A stretch of 64,000 nucleotides of DNA from IMG/VR virus record IMGVR_UViG_3300025778_000010, positions 1 to 64,000 of that record. One strand, given 5' to 3'. The notes beneath the pieces are model-generated. The model searched no databases and had not been told where the DNA came from. It saw only the letters and a list, made by a program, of their open reading frames with translations. Source of the DNA: a virus. This document shows positions 12,401 through 21,391 of this stretch, in pieces; position 1 is the first letter of the stretch, and each line of letters begins with the position of its first letter. Made by a program: the position numbers and the translations under genes.

Positions 12401-14129
12401 TTCCTGTAATTAAATTTTTAAGTGCAAAACCACCTTTTAAAACATAACCAGCAAAGTTAGCCATTAAACCAGTAAGCATGATAACTGGACCAGAGAGTGC
12501 AACACCTGCTGCTAAAATGCCAAACAACATCTTTAGTGGACCTGGAAGTCCTTCAAATACTTTAGAAATTTTATTTGCAAAATTAAGCAATACTGTTCCA
12601 ATTTTAACAATTTGTTGACCAACTGGGTATAAATCTGCCTTAAAAGTATTAAGTGCAATTTGCCACTGGGCTGTTGGTGATGATGTCGCTTGCTTCATTT
12701 CTTGGTTTGCAAGATCTTGAAGTGCAGAAGATGTTGCACCAGCGACTTTAATAGCATTGGCAGTTTGAGAGCCTGTTCTATTAAAGTTTTCAAGCAATGC
12801 TGAAATTCTTGAGAATTGATATTTACCAAATAATTTTTCAATTAGTTGTTCTCTAACAAGTGGAGAAAGATTTTTTAATGATGCTTGTAAAGCTTCAATC
12901 ATTTGAACTGGACCGCCTGCATTTTTTAAAGCACTTACATTAATACCAAATTTTGCAAACTCCTTTGTTGCTGCAGAAGTTGGAGCAATAATAGATGCGA
13001 ATGCAGATTTAAGTGCGTTAGCAGCTTGTGCTGCAGGAACACCTGCTTCTTTCATGGCAAGAATCATAACAGCAGTATCTTTATAGCTTCCTCCAAGCTG
13101 ATCAATAATTGGACCAACTTTACTTTCTGATTCAATTAAGTCAGTCATAGAAAGAGATGTTTGCTTCTGAATAGATGCAAAATAGTTAACAGCATCAGCA
13201 AGTTGAGTTTGATTTAATTTATAAACATTTGAAAGACCAATAACACCACGTGTTGCTACATCTTGTGTTAGGTTTCCAAGTTTTGCAAGTCTTACTGTTT
13301 GTTCTGTGGCTGTAGTAAGATCAGAACCCATTTTGCCCATAGCAGCAAATGATGAGGCAACGCCTATTGTAAATTCTTGAGCAATACCTGTTGTAGCAGC
13401 CATTTTTCTTCCAAGATCCAAAACTTGGTTAGAAATTTGATCAATTGAATTTTGGCTTGGAGGAGTTAATCCTTCTCCGTATACTTTTTGTAATTGAGTT
13501 AATGCACCATTTGTAGCATCAAAAGCCTTAACTGCATTAGATGCAAATATTGTCAATGGTACAGACATACCTACAGTTAATTGACGACCCGCCCACTGCG
13601 TATTTTTACCCCAGTTAATAAGAGACTGAGTTCCTTTATCAACAGCAATGTTATATAAATTTTGATAATTAGCTGCTATTTTAGTAGCATCAGCAACTGC
13701 ATTAATTTGTGTGGGCGTATAAACTGAAAAAACGCCTTGTTTGCCAGGCTGTTGCATGATTATTGAATTTTGTAATTTTGTTTGTTCTACGGCCAAAGCC
13801 TTCATTGATGTTACTGCTTGGCTAGATTGGTTTTTAATAATATTAAAATAATCAGTAAGCTTTAATTTTCCTGTTGTTAAAGCATTACCAAAATTATCTG
13901 TTTCTGTTTTTAATTTAACAGTTTGCTCTGTAAATTGCCCAGAGGCAACCATGGCATTTTTAAAATTAGTATTTAAATTATTTAATTGATTGCTAAGATC
14001 TGATGTAAGAGAAGTACCTGCAAGTGATTTTTGTAATGCAGCAACTTGTGTTTTAAGTGCAGTAAGTTTAGCGTTAATATCGCTAAAATCGCCAAGTCCA
14101 ACTATATTTAATTCAATATTAGCAGACAT
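9423..14129 (-). CDS. tape measure protein
   Basis: 1568 aa, Ala-rich helical; WGKNTQWAGRQLTVG and TP901-type core (AANALKS...LFGKYQ); follows the tail assembly chaperones. Confidence 0.93.
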   Translation of the reverse strand: MSANIELNIVGLGDFSDINAKLTALKTQVAALQKSLAGTSLTSDLSNQLNNLNTNFKNAMVASGQFTEQTVKLKTETDNFGNALTTGKLKLTDYFNIIKNQSSQAVTSMKALAVEQTKLQNSIIMQQPGKQGVFSVYTPTQINAVADATKIAANYQNLYNIAVDKGTQSLINWGKNTQWAGRQLTVGMSVPLTIFASNAVKAFDATNGALTQLQKVYGEGLTPPSQNSIDQISNQVLDLGRKMAATTGIAQEFTIGVASSFAAMGKMGSDLTTATEQTVRLAKLGNLTQDVATRGVIGLSNVYKLNQTQLADAVNYFASIQKQTSLSMTDLIESESKVGPIIDQLGGSYKDTAVMILAMKEAGVPAAQAANALKSAFASIIAPTSAATKEFAKFGINVSALKNAGGPVQMIEALQASLKNLSPLVREQLIEKLFGKYQFSRISALLENFNRTGSQTANAIKVAGATSSALQDLANQEMKQATSSPTAQWQIALNTFKADLYPVGQQIVKIGTVLLNFANKISKVFEGLPGPLKMLFGILAAGVALSGPVIMLTGLMANFAGYVLKGGFALKNLITGTKSLKEYLTPELIASKNAAQLFQDKMLGDADAATVLDRAVQDLTKSLTEMVAAMNAGAPGGIPSVAGIANGLGMKEQGLERSHLVTAFEPGSAGAQAAMAMFGPEVQARFAPYISGVSNLIAELPSGINQALKEGGVEIDKFIAQWNSRTNKTLFSVGQGGANITDPVIVAATNNLEKQIGARAVEIATATEEQKVTDGILSQATTEVIAANKELATAEGQVARAMAVAATQIGQARLQIPTSVINEGLASGELTMGNGSQVMYAGEDVARKSGNKVRTVNRNPTLKENGYSPYARSASYSASVDEATAAAGQAIAVNVAKNAETSIAKGAEETLGSMPIVEEKAATGIKGFLGRTLSKVTSGGPASGIGLFGAQMAANAVLPSTGVGGAVKSGIDAATTGAMIASFIPGMSLGAGAGLGLAVTGLVDIFKKASESARISTNALTQSFQTTAVANQAFGISFKPLSSYDFSKTTDGLDKHIKSVSDNKAAVDALTQAYLNASDQMTKDYIKNLGSQDANGVKFEMQKRYSSDIAAGYTQSQALQNANSLMLAAGTSPIVIAQTNAALKNIGADAGTAFISQIGLAQQQYAKGIGVRSTSIPSGVRGGASDAFAKGIANAGSGQKAGDAGFQQTQAAVDGLVSSLNNLANSGAKNVTNVITQMSGANKDLALKTINTDQVYQAFANNLNKQAPGLSVYTDKLRKGNGTTLDLIKAGALLTSSLVTQDQVAAALAKGDSGITDLYNKYKDAIAIAQSAANGGSTPPPGSSSSTPTSFTPSSAQTAIKKVLEARVRDENIVTKGLNEQLKIYKQQATEAQRILDYENKRFSLMQDQKTALMSGNYLGAAEAGQAATALGIDFATTTKENQMQNTIDSIQLRADQFSQALADLNDAIANQSHNIDSSVSKTANLARLASNASGTGTITVQNSIAISGLDNPVSIAAAVAKGAQSGTLDAIAKAKTQTNGMGVSTKKPQAPTVPHGASQKITGGLVK

Positions 14130-14449
14130 TACTCACCCCCAAATTGCATAAATGCTAAACCTTCTCCTGCTCCGAACCCTTCCTCTGTTGCATGATAACC
14201 AGAGTTCATTGTAATATCTGGTGCTTCTTCATCTTCTGCATCAAGGTCAATTCCTTGAATTGCTGCAAGGAATTTTCTGTGTTCGTTAACCTGTTTCCTT
14301 TGAACTTCTAGCAAAGCTGTAAGTTCTTCAAGAGACAAATTACTTTCTAGCTCGTCAAAGTTTTTCCAATGACCAAGCAAGAAAACTTCGGACTCTAAGG
14401 AGCGAAGATCTAGTTCGTCCCAACTAGAGCTGCTCCCAGAAGGTTTGGG
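14129..14449 (-). CDS. tail assembly chaperone, -1 frameshift extension (gpGT-like)
   Basis: the -1 frame is open from the slippery site CCCAAAC (14449-14443): PKPSGSSSSWDELDLRSLESEVFLLGHWKNFDELES... to the stop at 14129. Confidence 0.8.
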   Translation of the reverse strand, partial: PKPSGSSSSWDELDLRSLESEVFLLGHWKNFDELESNLSLEELTALLEVQRKQVNEHRKFLAAIQGIDLDAEDEEAPDITMNSGYHATEEGFGAGEGLAFMQFGGE

Positions 14450-14742
14450 TCTGTGAGCTTTAGACCGCCTGCAACTTCAAGAATTTTCATCATAGTAGGA
14501 ACTTCAATTAACTCTTCAAATTTATCTTTATCTGAAGCAAGTTCTGGTCGTGTTGTTTCCAAGCAAACCATGGCTCCTTTAATAAAGAAATCCATTGCTT
14601 CTTGTTCTGAAGCGTTATCTGCGTCCATGCCTTGTATAATAGTCATAAATTTTCTTAATTGTTTAATAGGTAATGGCTTGAGGGTAATCGTTGTACCATC
14701 AGCTAATTCAATTTCTACTACATCATATACTGTTGTTGCCAA
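14410..14742 (-). CDS. tail assembly chaperone (gpG-like)
   Basis: 110 aa between major tail and tape measure; ends over a C CCA AAC slippery heptamer. Confidence 0.85.
   Translation of the reverse strand: MATTVYDVVEIELADGTTITLKPLPIKQLRKFMTIIQGMDADNASEQEAMDFFIKGAMVCLETTRPELASDKDKFEELIEVPTMMKILEVAGGLKLTDPNLLGAALVGTN
14443..14449 (-). other. programmed -1 ribosomal frameshift slippery site C CCA AAC
   Basis: X XXY YYZ heptamer in the correct phase (GAC CCA AAC), followed by the stem-loop TCTAGTT-GGGACG-AACTAGA. Confidence 0.8.
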
Positions 14743-14798
14743 TTAATAGCTCCTCTGTTTGTTAGTTAAATTATACCAATAAAATCAGTATAAACAAA

Positions 14799-14831
14799 TT
14801 CAAGACCCCGCCATTTCTGACGGGGCTTGAA
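14799..14831 (-). terminator. intrinsic terminator after the major tail gene
   Basis: TTCAAG-CCCCG...CGGGG-CTTGAA hairpin followed by TTTGTTT on the minus strand. Confidence 0.7.
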
Positions 14832-14862
14832 ATTTTATATTAAGTTGTATATTAAGTTATAT

Positions 14863-15612
14863 TTAGATTGTGCCGTATACTCGGTCAATTACAACGCCGT
14901 ATTCTGCACCTGCGTATGATGCGTCAGCATCATCTGGGAGACAACGGAAGTTGATTGGGAATACAGTAGCAGCATCACGCTTTAAAGCATGCATTGTTGT
15001 ATCAATTTGAACAACACGACGAGCAATGTAAACACGCTCTTTTTGCTTAAGATCTGAGGTATGTGGAAGACCTGTTGATCCACCTGCACCTGCAGACTGT
15101 GATGGATCGTATTGTGATCCGATTTGACGTGAGGCAGAACCTACGAAAACAACTGTACGCTCAACAGGAGTATCTCCTACTGCACCTGCAACTAAGTTAA
15201 GGGTTGCTGTAGATGAACCTGTATTGTTCAAAGTATAAACTGTTGAACCTGCTGAAGTTGTAACATAATCTGATTGTCCCCATGAGACGTTAAGATTTTC
15301 AAGAGTTCCTTCTGCAAGTTCTGTCTTAAGCATAACCTTGAGAGTTTGCTTGAATAGACGAGCTGCATCAAGAAGCTGGTCAACCAAAATTTCACCGTAT
15401 ACTGGTTCGTATGAAACTTCAAGTCCAGCAGATGTAAAACCTACTTGACGAAAATCTGATCCTGCATTAAGTTGAGCATTAGCTGAAGAGCCTGCTGCAA
15501 CAATATTGCTTGAAATGTAACTTGGTGTTGTTAGTGGTCGGTTTGCACCATTCTTGTTAGAGATGTATAGGTTTGCTGCACCGACGATAACGTTTCTAGT
15601 ACTTGTAGCCAT
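14863..15612 (-). CDS. major tail protein
   Basis: 249 aa; NVIVGAA, VGFTSAGLEVSYEP, VDQLLD, TELAEGTLENL motifs; strong AAGGTGGTG RBS; flanked by terminator and promoter. Confidence 0.88.
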   Translation of the reverse strand: MATSTRNVIVGAANLYISNKNGANRPLTTPSYISSNIVAAGSSANAQLNAGSDFRQVGFTSAGLEVSYEPVYGEILVDQLLDAARLFKQTLKVMLKTELAEGTLENLNVSWGQSDYVTTSAGSTVYTLNNTGSSTATLNLVAGAVGDTPVERTVVFVGSASRQIGSQYDPSQSAGAGGSTGLPHTSDLKQKERVYIARRVVQIDTTMHALKRDAATVFPINFRCLPDDADASYAGAEYGVVIDRVYGTI

Positions 15613-15709
15613 TTATTTATTTCACCACCTTATTTATTTTAAAATTAACAAAGATGACAATTTACTTCCTCGGGATTAATCATAGCATTAATTAGATATA
15701 AAACAAACT

Positions 15710-16225
15710 TTAGATATATCTGCCAGTAAGAGGATCGGTTTGACGAGTATAAGCGTAATGAAATGTTAGCATTCCAGTCATAAATCCACCTTCTGTTTGA
15801 AATGGTTGGATTGGGTCAGCTGATTCAAGATGAAACCATAGAAAGGTAAATGGACTTGTTGGGTTTACCTCTAAATTAATATCTTTTGCAGAAAGATCAT
15901 ATCTACGAACTAAATCAATTAAAAAGTTAATAATTGTTTGGACTTCTTCTGATGAGGTAGATGTTATCTCTAGGGTCATAGATTCTTCAGAGATCCACCA
16001 TTGAACTCCCCGACTTTTTTGAATAACATCATAAATAATGTATGTTTTAGCTGGCAGCAAATTGTTAAATTCTGGAACCTGTTGAGCAGGAATAATTGGG
16101 ATTAAAGGCGTAGTAAATCCATCTGCAATATATGAATTTAAATTAATTAATTTAGCATTAACTAACTCTTGCAATATTGCTTTTCTTACGTCATAGGACG
16201 CAACTCTTGTGTAATCTGCTGTCAT
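15710..16225 (-). CDS. tail terminator / tail completion protein
   Basis: 171 aa just upstream of the major tail gene; PIIPAQQVPE, YIIYD motifs. Confidence 0.65.
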   Translation of the reverse strand: MTADYTRVASYDVRKAILQELVNAKLINLNSYIADGFTTPLIPIIPAQQVPEFNNLLPAKTYIIYDVIQKSRGVQWWISEESMTLEITSTSSEEVQTIINFLIDLVRRYDLSAKDINLEVNPTSPFTFLWFHLESADPIQPFQTEGGFMTGMLTFHYAYTRQTDPLTGRYI

Positions 16226-16944
16226 TTGATTGCTGTTACTCCCTTAGAATATTCTTCTGAAACTGCTTTAACTACGCTTCTAACACCCGTAACACCTATC
16301 CTGTTATTTGCAGTCAAAGCTAAAGATACATCATTAACTATTTTCTCATATAACCCTGACGAATTCATAATTGAATCGGCATTTGTTGTATACCACTCAA
16401 CCATAAAGTTGTAAAAAGAGTTTTTTGTTTGCATACCGCCTGGATTGTTAATTGTAATAACAGTTCCTGGCTTTATAAATACTTGTCCCTCTGATCCCAA
16501 AAATGTTAAAATTTTACTAGATTGAATAGTTACTGGTCTTCCTTCTTCCATAACTTGAGCTTTATATCTAAATACACTTTGTGATGTAACAGATTTTCCT
16601 GTGGGTCCAGGAATTTGAAGCTCTGGGTTTACTGGTACAGGAACCCTAGATAAATTAAAATTTGTGTTTATATCTAAAACGCCATTTAAAATACTTGCTC
16701 TTTCAATAACAAAAAGTCTAGCGTTTGGATTACCTAATCCGCCCCATTCATAAACGTGATGCATTCTTTTTGGGTTTTGTACAGCAAACCTATCTACTGC
16801 AAGTGCAAATCTTTCACCTGTTATTGTAAACACAGCTTTTGCTATTTCTTGCAAGACTGTAGGTCGTGAAAGTTCTTTGGCACTATTAACAACTTCTTCT
16901 ACACGGCTAATTAAATTATTAGCATTAATGTTCAGTGTTATCAT
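16222..16944 (-). CDS. virion morphogenesis / neck protein
   Basis: probable start ATG 16944 (MITLNIN); MHHVYEW...ARLF motif; connector-module position. Confidence 0.55.
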   Translation of the reverse strand: MITLNINANNLISRVEEVVNSAKELSRPTVLQEIAKAVFTITGERFALAVDRFAVQNPKRMHHVYEWGGLGNPNARLFVIERASILNGVLDINTNFNLSRVPVPVNPELQIPGPTGKSVTSQSVFRYKAQVMEEGRPVTIQSSKILTFLGSEGQVFIKPGTVITINNPGGMQTKNSFYNFMVEWYTTNADSIMNSSGLYEKIVNDVSLALTANNRIGVTGVRSVVKAVSEEYSKGVTAIK

Positions 16945-17374
16945 TGCTTTGTACTGGAACCCTTTGTAGAACTGCTTCAAAATAAGAAACTTTGCCAAAC
17001 GGATCTAATACTGGATGTGAAGAAAATATTTCAAAAATAGAGTCTGGCTCACCGTATCTGTCAAGCTCAATAAAAACTTGTTGACCATCGCTTGAGCGAA
17101 TATCATTTAATCTCCAACGCTTACTAAGTAACTCTAAAGATTTTACACGAAGTTGAAGTTTTTCTGCATACCCGCCGTAAGAGCCTTTGTCAAATTGTTT
17201 GCTATCTCCTCTGGTTGAAGCTCCGCCAGATTTAATTGGTTCTACTTTACAAGGAATAGTTTTACTATAAACCCATTCTCTTGTAATAGCACCAGTGTCT
17301 GGGTTTTGAGCATTTTGCTGAACCCAAACTTCTGCTGACATGTTCATAATAGAACTCATAAATGAATTAAACAT
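16925..17374 (-). CDS. head-to-tail stopper (head closure) protein
   Basis: 149 aa after the adaptor; QNPDTGAITREW...TIPC pattern. Confidence 0.65.
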   Translation of the reverse strand: MFNSFMSSIMNMSAEVWVQQNAQNPDTGAITREWVYSKTIPCKVEPIKSGGASTRGDSKQFDKGSYGGYAEKLQLRVKSLELLSKRWRLNDIRSSDGQQVFIELDRYGEPDSIFEIFSSHPVLDPFGKVSYFEAVLQRVPVQSNDNTEH

Positions 17375-18324
17375 TAGATAATTACAATATTAACGTGACG
17401 GTATTGGTCCAAGATATTATCTACGGTTACATTACCAGTTCCGTTAAACGCTCCCTTTGCCATTTCAAATGAAATCTCACTAAGATCAACTTTTTGTAAG
17501 TACTTGTTTCTCCAGTTAAAGTCATTTGCTAAGATATCATTAATTAAAAGCATTGTTGCAATTTTAATGTCATCTGGCACATACTTGTACCCAATTTGAC
17601 CTTGAAATTTGTATCTTGCATTATCTTGAAAACGTCCGTAATAAAGGACTGCTGGATCTACGTTATTGTCGTATCTTACATCCCAGCCTTGATCATAAAT
17701 TCTTACTGCAAATCCTGTTTGTGTAATTTCAAGAGGGAAACCAAATGTGTTGACATAAGGAGTAACAGTGTTATCAATAACAAGAATATCGTTCTCCCAT
17801 ACCTTGTCAATTGTAAGCATTCTTTCAGTAAATTGTAGTGCATCTGAGCCTTTACCAAACATTTCTTGGCTTCCATAGTAGCACCAAAACTTTTGTCCTG
17901 TGTACCCGTCTACAATTGTTCGTGCAACTTTTTCAGCTGCAATAATTTTATTTTCATCTTGATAATTTAACTCTGAAGGAGTTGATCCATACTGAAAGAA
18001 ATCAATAACATCTGAAGGCGTAGCATATACGCTATCTACAGAATAATATTCATTTTGTGTTGCAGAAACTCCGTTAACAATATATGTCCAGCGTAGCTCT
18101 AATACTCTATTAATGTTGGTAATAGCAGGTGTCAGCAAGTAAGAATATATTCCAGAGGGTACCTCGTCAACTGGTGTGCAATTTTCATAACCAATAATTG
18201 GTGCAGAATCATTATCTGCGTCATAGATTGCTAAGGTTGGCAGGGAGTCTGCTTGTGATAATATGCCACTGTTAAAGACATTTAGAAGAACCTTGGCTTC
18301 TTGATTTCTGGTTATGTTTTGCAC
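17374..18324 (-). CDS. head-to-tail adaptor protein
   Basis: YATPSDV...ARTIVDGYTGQKF...VPDDIKIATMLL...ILDQYR, gp6/gp15-like. Confidence 0.75.
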   Translation of the reverse strand: MQNITRNQEAKVLLNVFNSGILSQADSLPTLAIYDADNDSAPIIGYENCTPVDEVPSGIYSYLLTPAITNINRVLELRWTYIVNGVSATQNEYYSVDSVYATPSDVIDFFQYGSTPSELNYQDENKIIAAEKVARTIVDGYTGQKFWCYYGSQEMFGKGSDALQFTERMLTIDKVWENDILVIDNTVTPYVNTFGFPLEITQTGFAVRIYDQGWDVRYDNNVDPAVLYYGRFQDNARYKFQGQIGYKYVPDDIKIATMLLINDILANDFNWRNKYLQKVDLSEISFEMAKGAFNGTGNVTVDNILDQYRHVNIVII

Positions 18325-18334
18325 TTATTGCCTC

Positions 18335-18733
18335 CTAAGCGTAAAACTCCTGAGCTTCTCTAGGAGTTGCTAATCTGAATCCATCTTGATGGTCAAAAAT
18401 AGCTTGAGCTTCTGATTCGGACATTGCCACGAATGGGTGCTCTCTGGTAAATGTATAGTTCATTGTATTGTAAGAGTGATTATCTCTTTCCATCTTAACA
18501 AGAACTGACTTTGTTGTCTTCATGATCCTTTGTTCTCTTTTCTTCTTTTCAAGCTCAGAGATTTCAATATCTTGCTTTTCAACATTAGTAAACTTTTGAT
18601 ACATATCATATGAGATTCCTTCTTCTTGAAGGACTGCAATGATTTCTGGTTTTGTCTTATATTCCTCTGAATCAATACCAAAAGCTTCTGCTGCTTTTCT
18701 TAATTCTGCGATTTTTAGATCTGTAAATGACAT
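18335..18733 (-). CDS. hypothetical protein with an N-terminal Rho-N/HeH-like motif
   Basis: probable start 18733 (MSFTDLKIAELRKAAEAFGI...KPEII); own extended -10 at 18756-18764. Confidence 0.55.
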   Translation of the reverse strand: MSFTDLKIAELRKAAEAFGIDSEEYKTKPEIIAVLQEEGISYDMYQKFTNVEKQDIEISELEKKKREQRIMKTTKSVLVKMERDNHSYNTMNYTFTREHPFVAMSESEAQAIFDHQDGFRLATPREAQEFYA

Positions 18734-18773
18734 TTTTATACCTTTCGTCATGTTAATTATATCAGATAATGAC

Positions 18774-18801
18774 TAAGGGCAGGATTTGACTCCCGCCCTT
18801 A
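18774..18801 (-). terminator. hairpin / putative terminator after the major capsid gene
   Basis: TAAGGGC-AGGA...TCCC-GCCCTTA inverted repeat; weak U-tract. Confidence 0.5.
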
Positions 18802-18820
18802 ATCTTGCAACTAATTAATA

Positions 18821-19951
18821 TTAGTATGTATTTCCGTTTACGCCACCTGTAACGTTTGCACCGTTTGTAACGGAACCGAACGCACCTGAAGCAACAGAAC
18901 CAGCAACCTTGACGTTCTTCACGATAACGTGAGCGTCATAGTTTTCCATTTGTGCACCAACACGGATGAAAAGTGTATATTCGATTGTATCCTTCTTTGG
19001 TTGGAACAAACGATACACAGTTACATCACGCTTAATACCAATGATAAAGTTCTGTGGGAATGTTAAGTGTACATCGCCATGATAGCCTGTAGCACCGCTG
19101 TAATCTCCTGCAACGGTTTCTGTGATCAACGGAACGTTGATAACTGGAATACCAAATGCGTATGGAGTTACAGAACCTGGACCACCATCGTTAGCAGCGA
19201 CATCACCACGAATGATACCTGAAGCGATATCAAATGGGTTGAAGCCAGAGCTTGTCATAGCGGTTAGGTTGTACAAGTAATCTTGTACCAAGTTCGATCC
19301 TGTGAAGAAACGAAGTTGATTACGGCGTTGCTTGTACTTACGTGGGAGTGTCTTGATTGCAAGGTTGAATACAGCCTTGTCAAGTCCAACACCTTGTGCA
19401 TCAACAACGTGTGCGTTGTCGAGAGCGAGCTGACGGAATCCCTTAAATGCAGAAAGAAGACCAGATCCAGTACCAGTACCATTGATTAGAACATCCTCAA
19501 TGTCGTTACCAGCTTGGGTAGCCATCAAACGTGCAATGTGATCTTCTAGATCTGGACCCTCAACGTTGTCCTCTAGGGACTCTGATGAAAGTTCCCAGTC
19601 AAGACGCAACTTGCGTGTTGTTAGAGAGATCTTGTTAAATGTTGCAGCAGCAGATGCGAAACCTGCTCCTGTTGAGTTAGTATAATCACGTGGATTATCT
19701 TCTTGTGCAACTGTCATGATACGTTGTCCAACTGCAACACGATCAATTTCGGTTGTGTTTGAACGCATACGAATTGTACGAGCTGCCTTAGCTAGGATTG
19801 TCGCATCCCACATGTAATCCAAGAAGCGATTAGCTTGATCTGGATATAGAAGACCGTTACCTGAAAGGGTAGCAGAATCTGTAGAAGCGTTGACTGCTGA
19901 GGAACCGAGGTTCGTAGTATCAATTACTTTTTGTAGAAGTTCATTACTCAT
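18821..19951 (-). CDS. major capsid protein (HK97 fold)
   Basis: 376 aa; GLLYPDQANRFLD, LSSESLEDNVEG, GNDIEDVLINGTG motifs; biased codon usage; strong RBS. Confidence 0.93.
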   Translation of the reverse strand: MSNELLQKVIDTTNLGSSAVNASTDSATLSGNGLLYPDQANRFLDYMWDATILAKAARTIRMRSNTTEIDRVAVGQRIMTVAQEDNPRDYTNSTGAGFASAAATFNKISLTTRKLRLDWELSSESLEDNVEGPDLEDHIARLMATQAGNDIEDVLINGTGTGSGLLSAFKGFRQLALDNAHVVDAQGVGLDKAVFNLAIKTLPRKYKQRRNQLRFFTGSNLVQDYLYNLTAMTSSGFNPFDIASGIIRGDVAANDGGPGSVTPYAFGIPVINVPLITETVAGDYSGATGYHGDVHLTFPQNFIIGIKRDVTVYRLFQPKKDTIEYTLFIRVGAQMENYDAHVIVKNVKVAGSVASGAFGSVTNGANVTGGVNGNTY

Positions 19952-19985
19952 TTTTTTATTTCACCACCTTATTTTTTTTATAGAT

Positions 19986-20480
19986 TTATTTTGTTATGCT
20001 TGATAACCCGAGGAAGGTTCCTTGCCATAGACTTTTTTGTATCTTTGTTTCTTCCAATGATCCATTAAGGTCACTGGACTTCTTAACTGCGGTTGCGGAT
20101 TCAAATCCTTTTAGCTGATGATCAACATAGTCAATCTTGCTATACATGTCCGTTACCGACTTTTGTAGTGCATCGTACTTCTCTGTTAAATCAGAGATTG
20201 CCTTTTGAATACCTGATGTTGTTTCCTCAAACATCTTGGTAACTGCTAGTACTGCATCATTATTTTCATTTAAATTCTTTGATAGAGATTCTCCAAGGAA
20301 GCTCTTAAGGTCATTGACCATCTTCTCAAAGTCAATTGTATCTTCAACCTCTGAAATAGTTACAGCTTTTTCAATTGATTCCCCAGCATCAACTGATGCT
20401 ACTTCTTCAACTACCGCAACTTCTTCGGCTGGAGCTTCTGCAACAACTTCATTAGTTGTTACTTCTGTATCTTCTGCCAT
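19986..20480 (-). CDS. nested in-frame scaffolding protein
   Basis: internal AAGGAGGT SD (20494-20487) 6 nt before ATG 20480 (MAEDTEVTT...), acidic coiled-coil product. Confidence 0.7.
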   Translation of the reverse strand: MAEDTEVTTNEVVAEAPAEEVAVVEEVASVDAGESIEKAVTISEVEDTIDFEKMVNDLKSFLGESLSKNLNENNDAVLAVTKMFEETTSGIQKAISDLTEKYDALQKSVTDMYSKIDYVDHQLKGFESATAVKKSSDLNGSLEETKIQKSLWQGTFLGLSSITK

Positions 20481-21350
20481 TTCATTACCTCCTTCAGCTT
20501 TCTTGATTTTTTGTCCATCATTGAACAAAACCTTTTGTTTTTCATTTTGATCAGGATAAAGATTGATTCCAACTGTGCTATCAATTACATTACCACTTGC
20601 ACCAGGGGCAGCAGTTTCTGTTGCTTCATGTGCAGCTGTTGGTGCATCATCTTTTTTAAAATATGAATCAATAACTTTTTCAATTGATTCAAACTTTTCT
20701 GAATCAGATTGTTCTACCCAACCAATTGTTGACATACTGTCTCCACAAACAACACAACTTTTTGTTGTTGCTGTTGATGTTGATGCAACTTCATCTGTTG
20801 CACACCAGAATACATTTTCTGTTGGAGTATTTTCTGCCATTTTTTGAATAGAAAAAATATTTGCAAGTGGGTTTGCTGGAGAATCTACAAGTGATAGTTC
20901 ATGCAAATCATAATCATGAATAACTCTTCTTGTATCTTCTTCTCCGTCTACCTTTTCCATCTTTGCATCATTGATGTTACCACCAATTGAAAATCCGCCG
21001 TATGTTCCATCCAAGCACTTCTCCCATGCATCGGGTGCACCTTTAGAGATATATGCCGTTACATAAATTCCATTATACTTTTTGCCTGTTGACTTATCAA
21101 AAAATGAATCTTCTTTAAAATTAATCATTTTTCCAACAGCACTTGGTCCGTGCATCTCACGGATATTTCCTCTAAATCTTTCAAAGGCTTTCTTGCTTGC
21201 TTCTGCTGTTACAACATCCCCATGATGATCAACGTTATCTAATGAAGCAAATCCTGACACAGTTCTTTTTTCCTTATTGACTTTTGCAATAGGAAAGGCA
21301 AGAGTCATTGTTGACTCGCTATTTTGCCAATAAGTTTTTTGAATGTCCAT
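19986..21350 (-). CDS. prohead (capsid maturation) protease fused to a scaffolding domain
   Basis: VSGFASLDNVDHHGD, IREMH, GFSIGG, ELSLVDSPAN motifs of HK97-type proteases; acidic coiled-coil C-terminus. Confidence 0.88.
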   Translation of the reverse strand: MDIQKTYWQNSESTMTLAFPIAKVNKEKRTVSGFASLDNVDHHGDVVTAEASKKAFERFRGNIREMHGPSAVGKMINFKEDSFFDKSTGKKYNGIYVTAYISKGAPDAWEKCLDGTYGGFSIGGNINDAKMEKVDGEEDTRRVIHDYDLHELSLVDSPANPLANIFSIQKMAENTPTENVFWCATDEVASTSTATTKSCVVCGDSMSTIGWVEQSDSEKFESIEKVIDSYFKKDDAPTAAHEATETAAPGASGNVIDSTVGINLYPDQNEKQKVLFNDGQKIKKAEGGNEMAEDTEVTTNEVVAEAPAEEVAVVEEVASVDAGESIEKAVTISEVEDTIDFEKMVNDLKSFLGESLSKNLNENNDAVLAVTKMFEETTSGIQKAISDLTEKYDALQKSVTDMYSKIDYVDHQLKGFESATAVKKSSDLNGSLEETKIQKSLWQGTFLGLSSITK

Positions 21351-21391
21351 ATGTAAATAAATAGTATCAGTTTTTATGAATAAAACATAAT

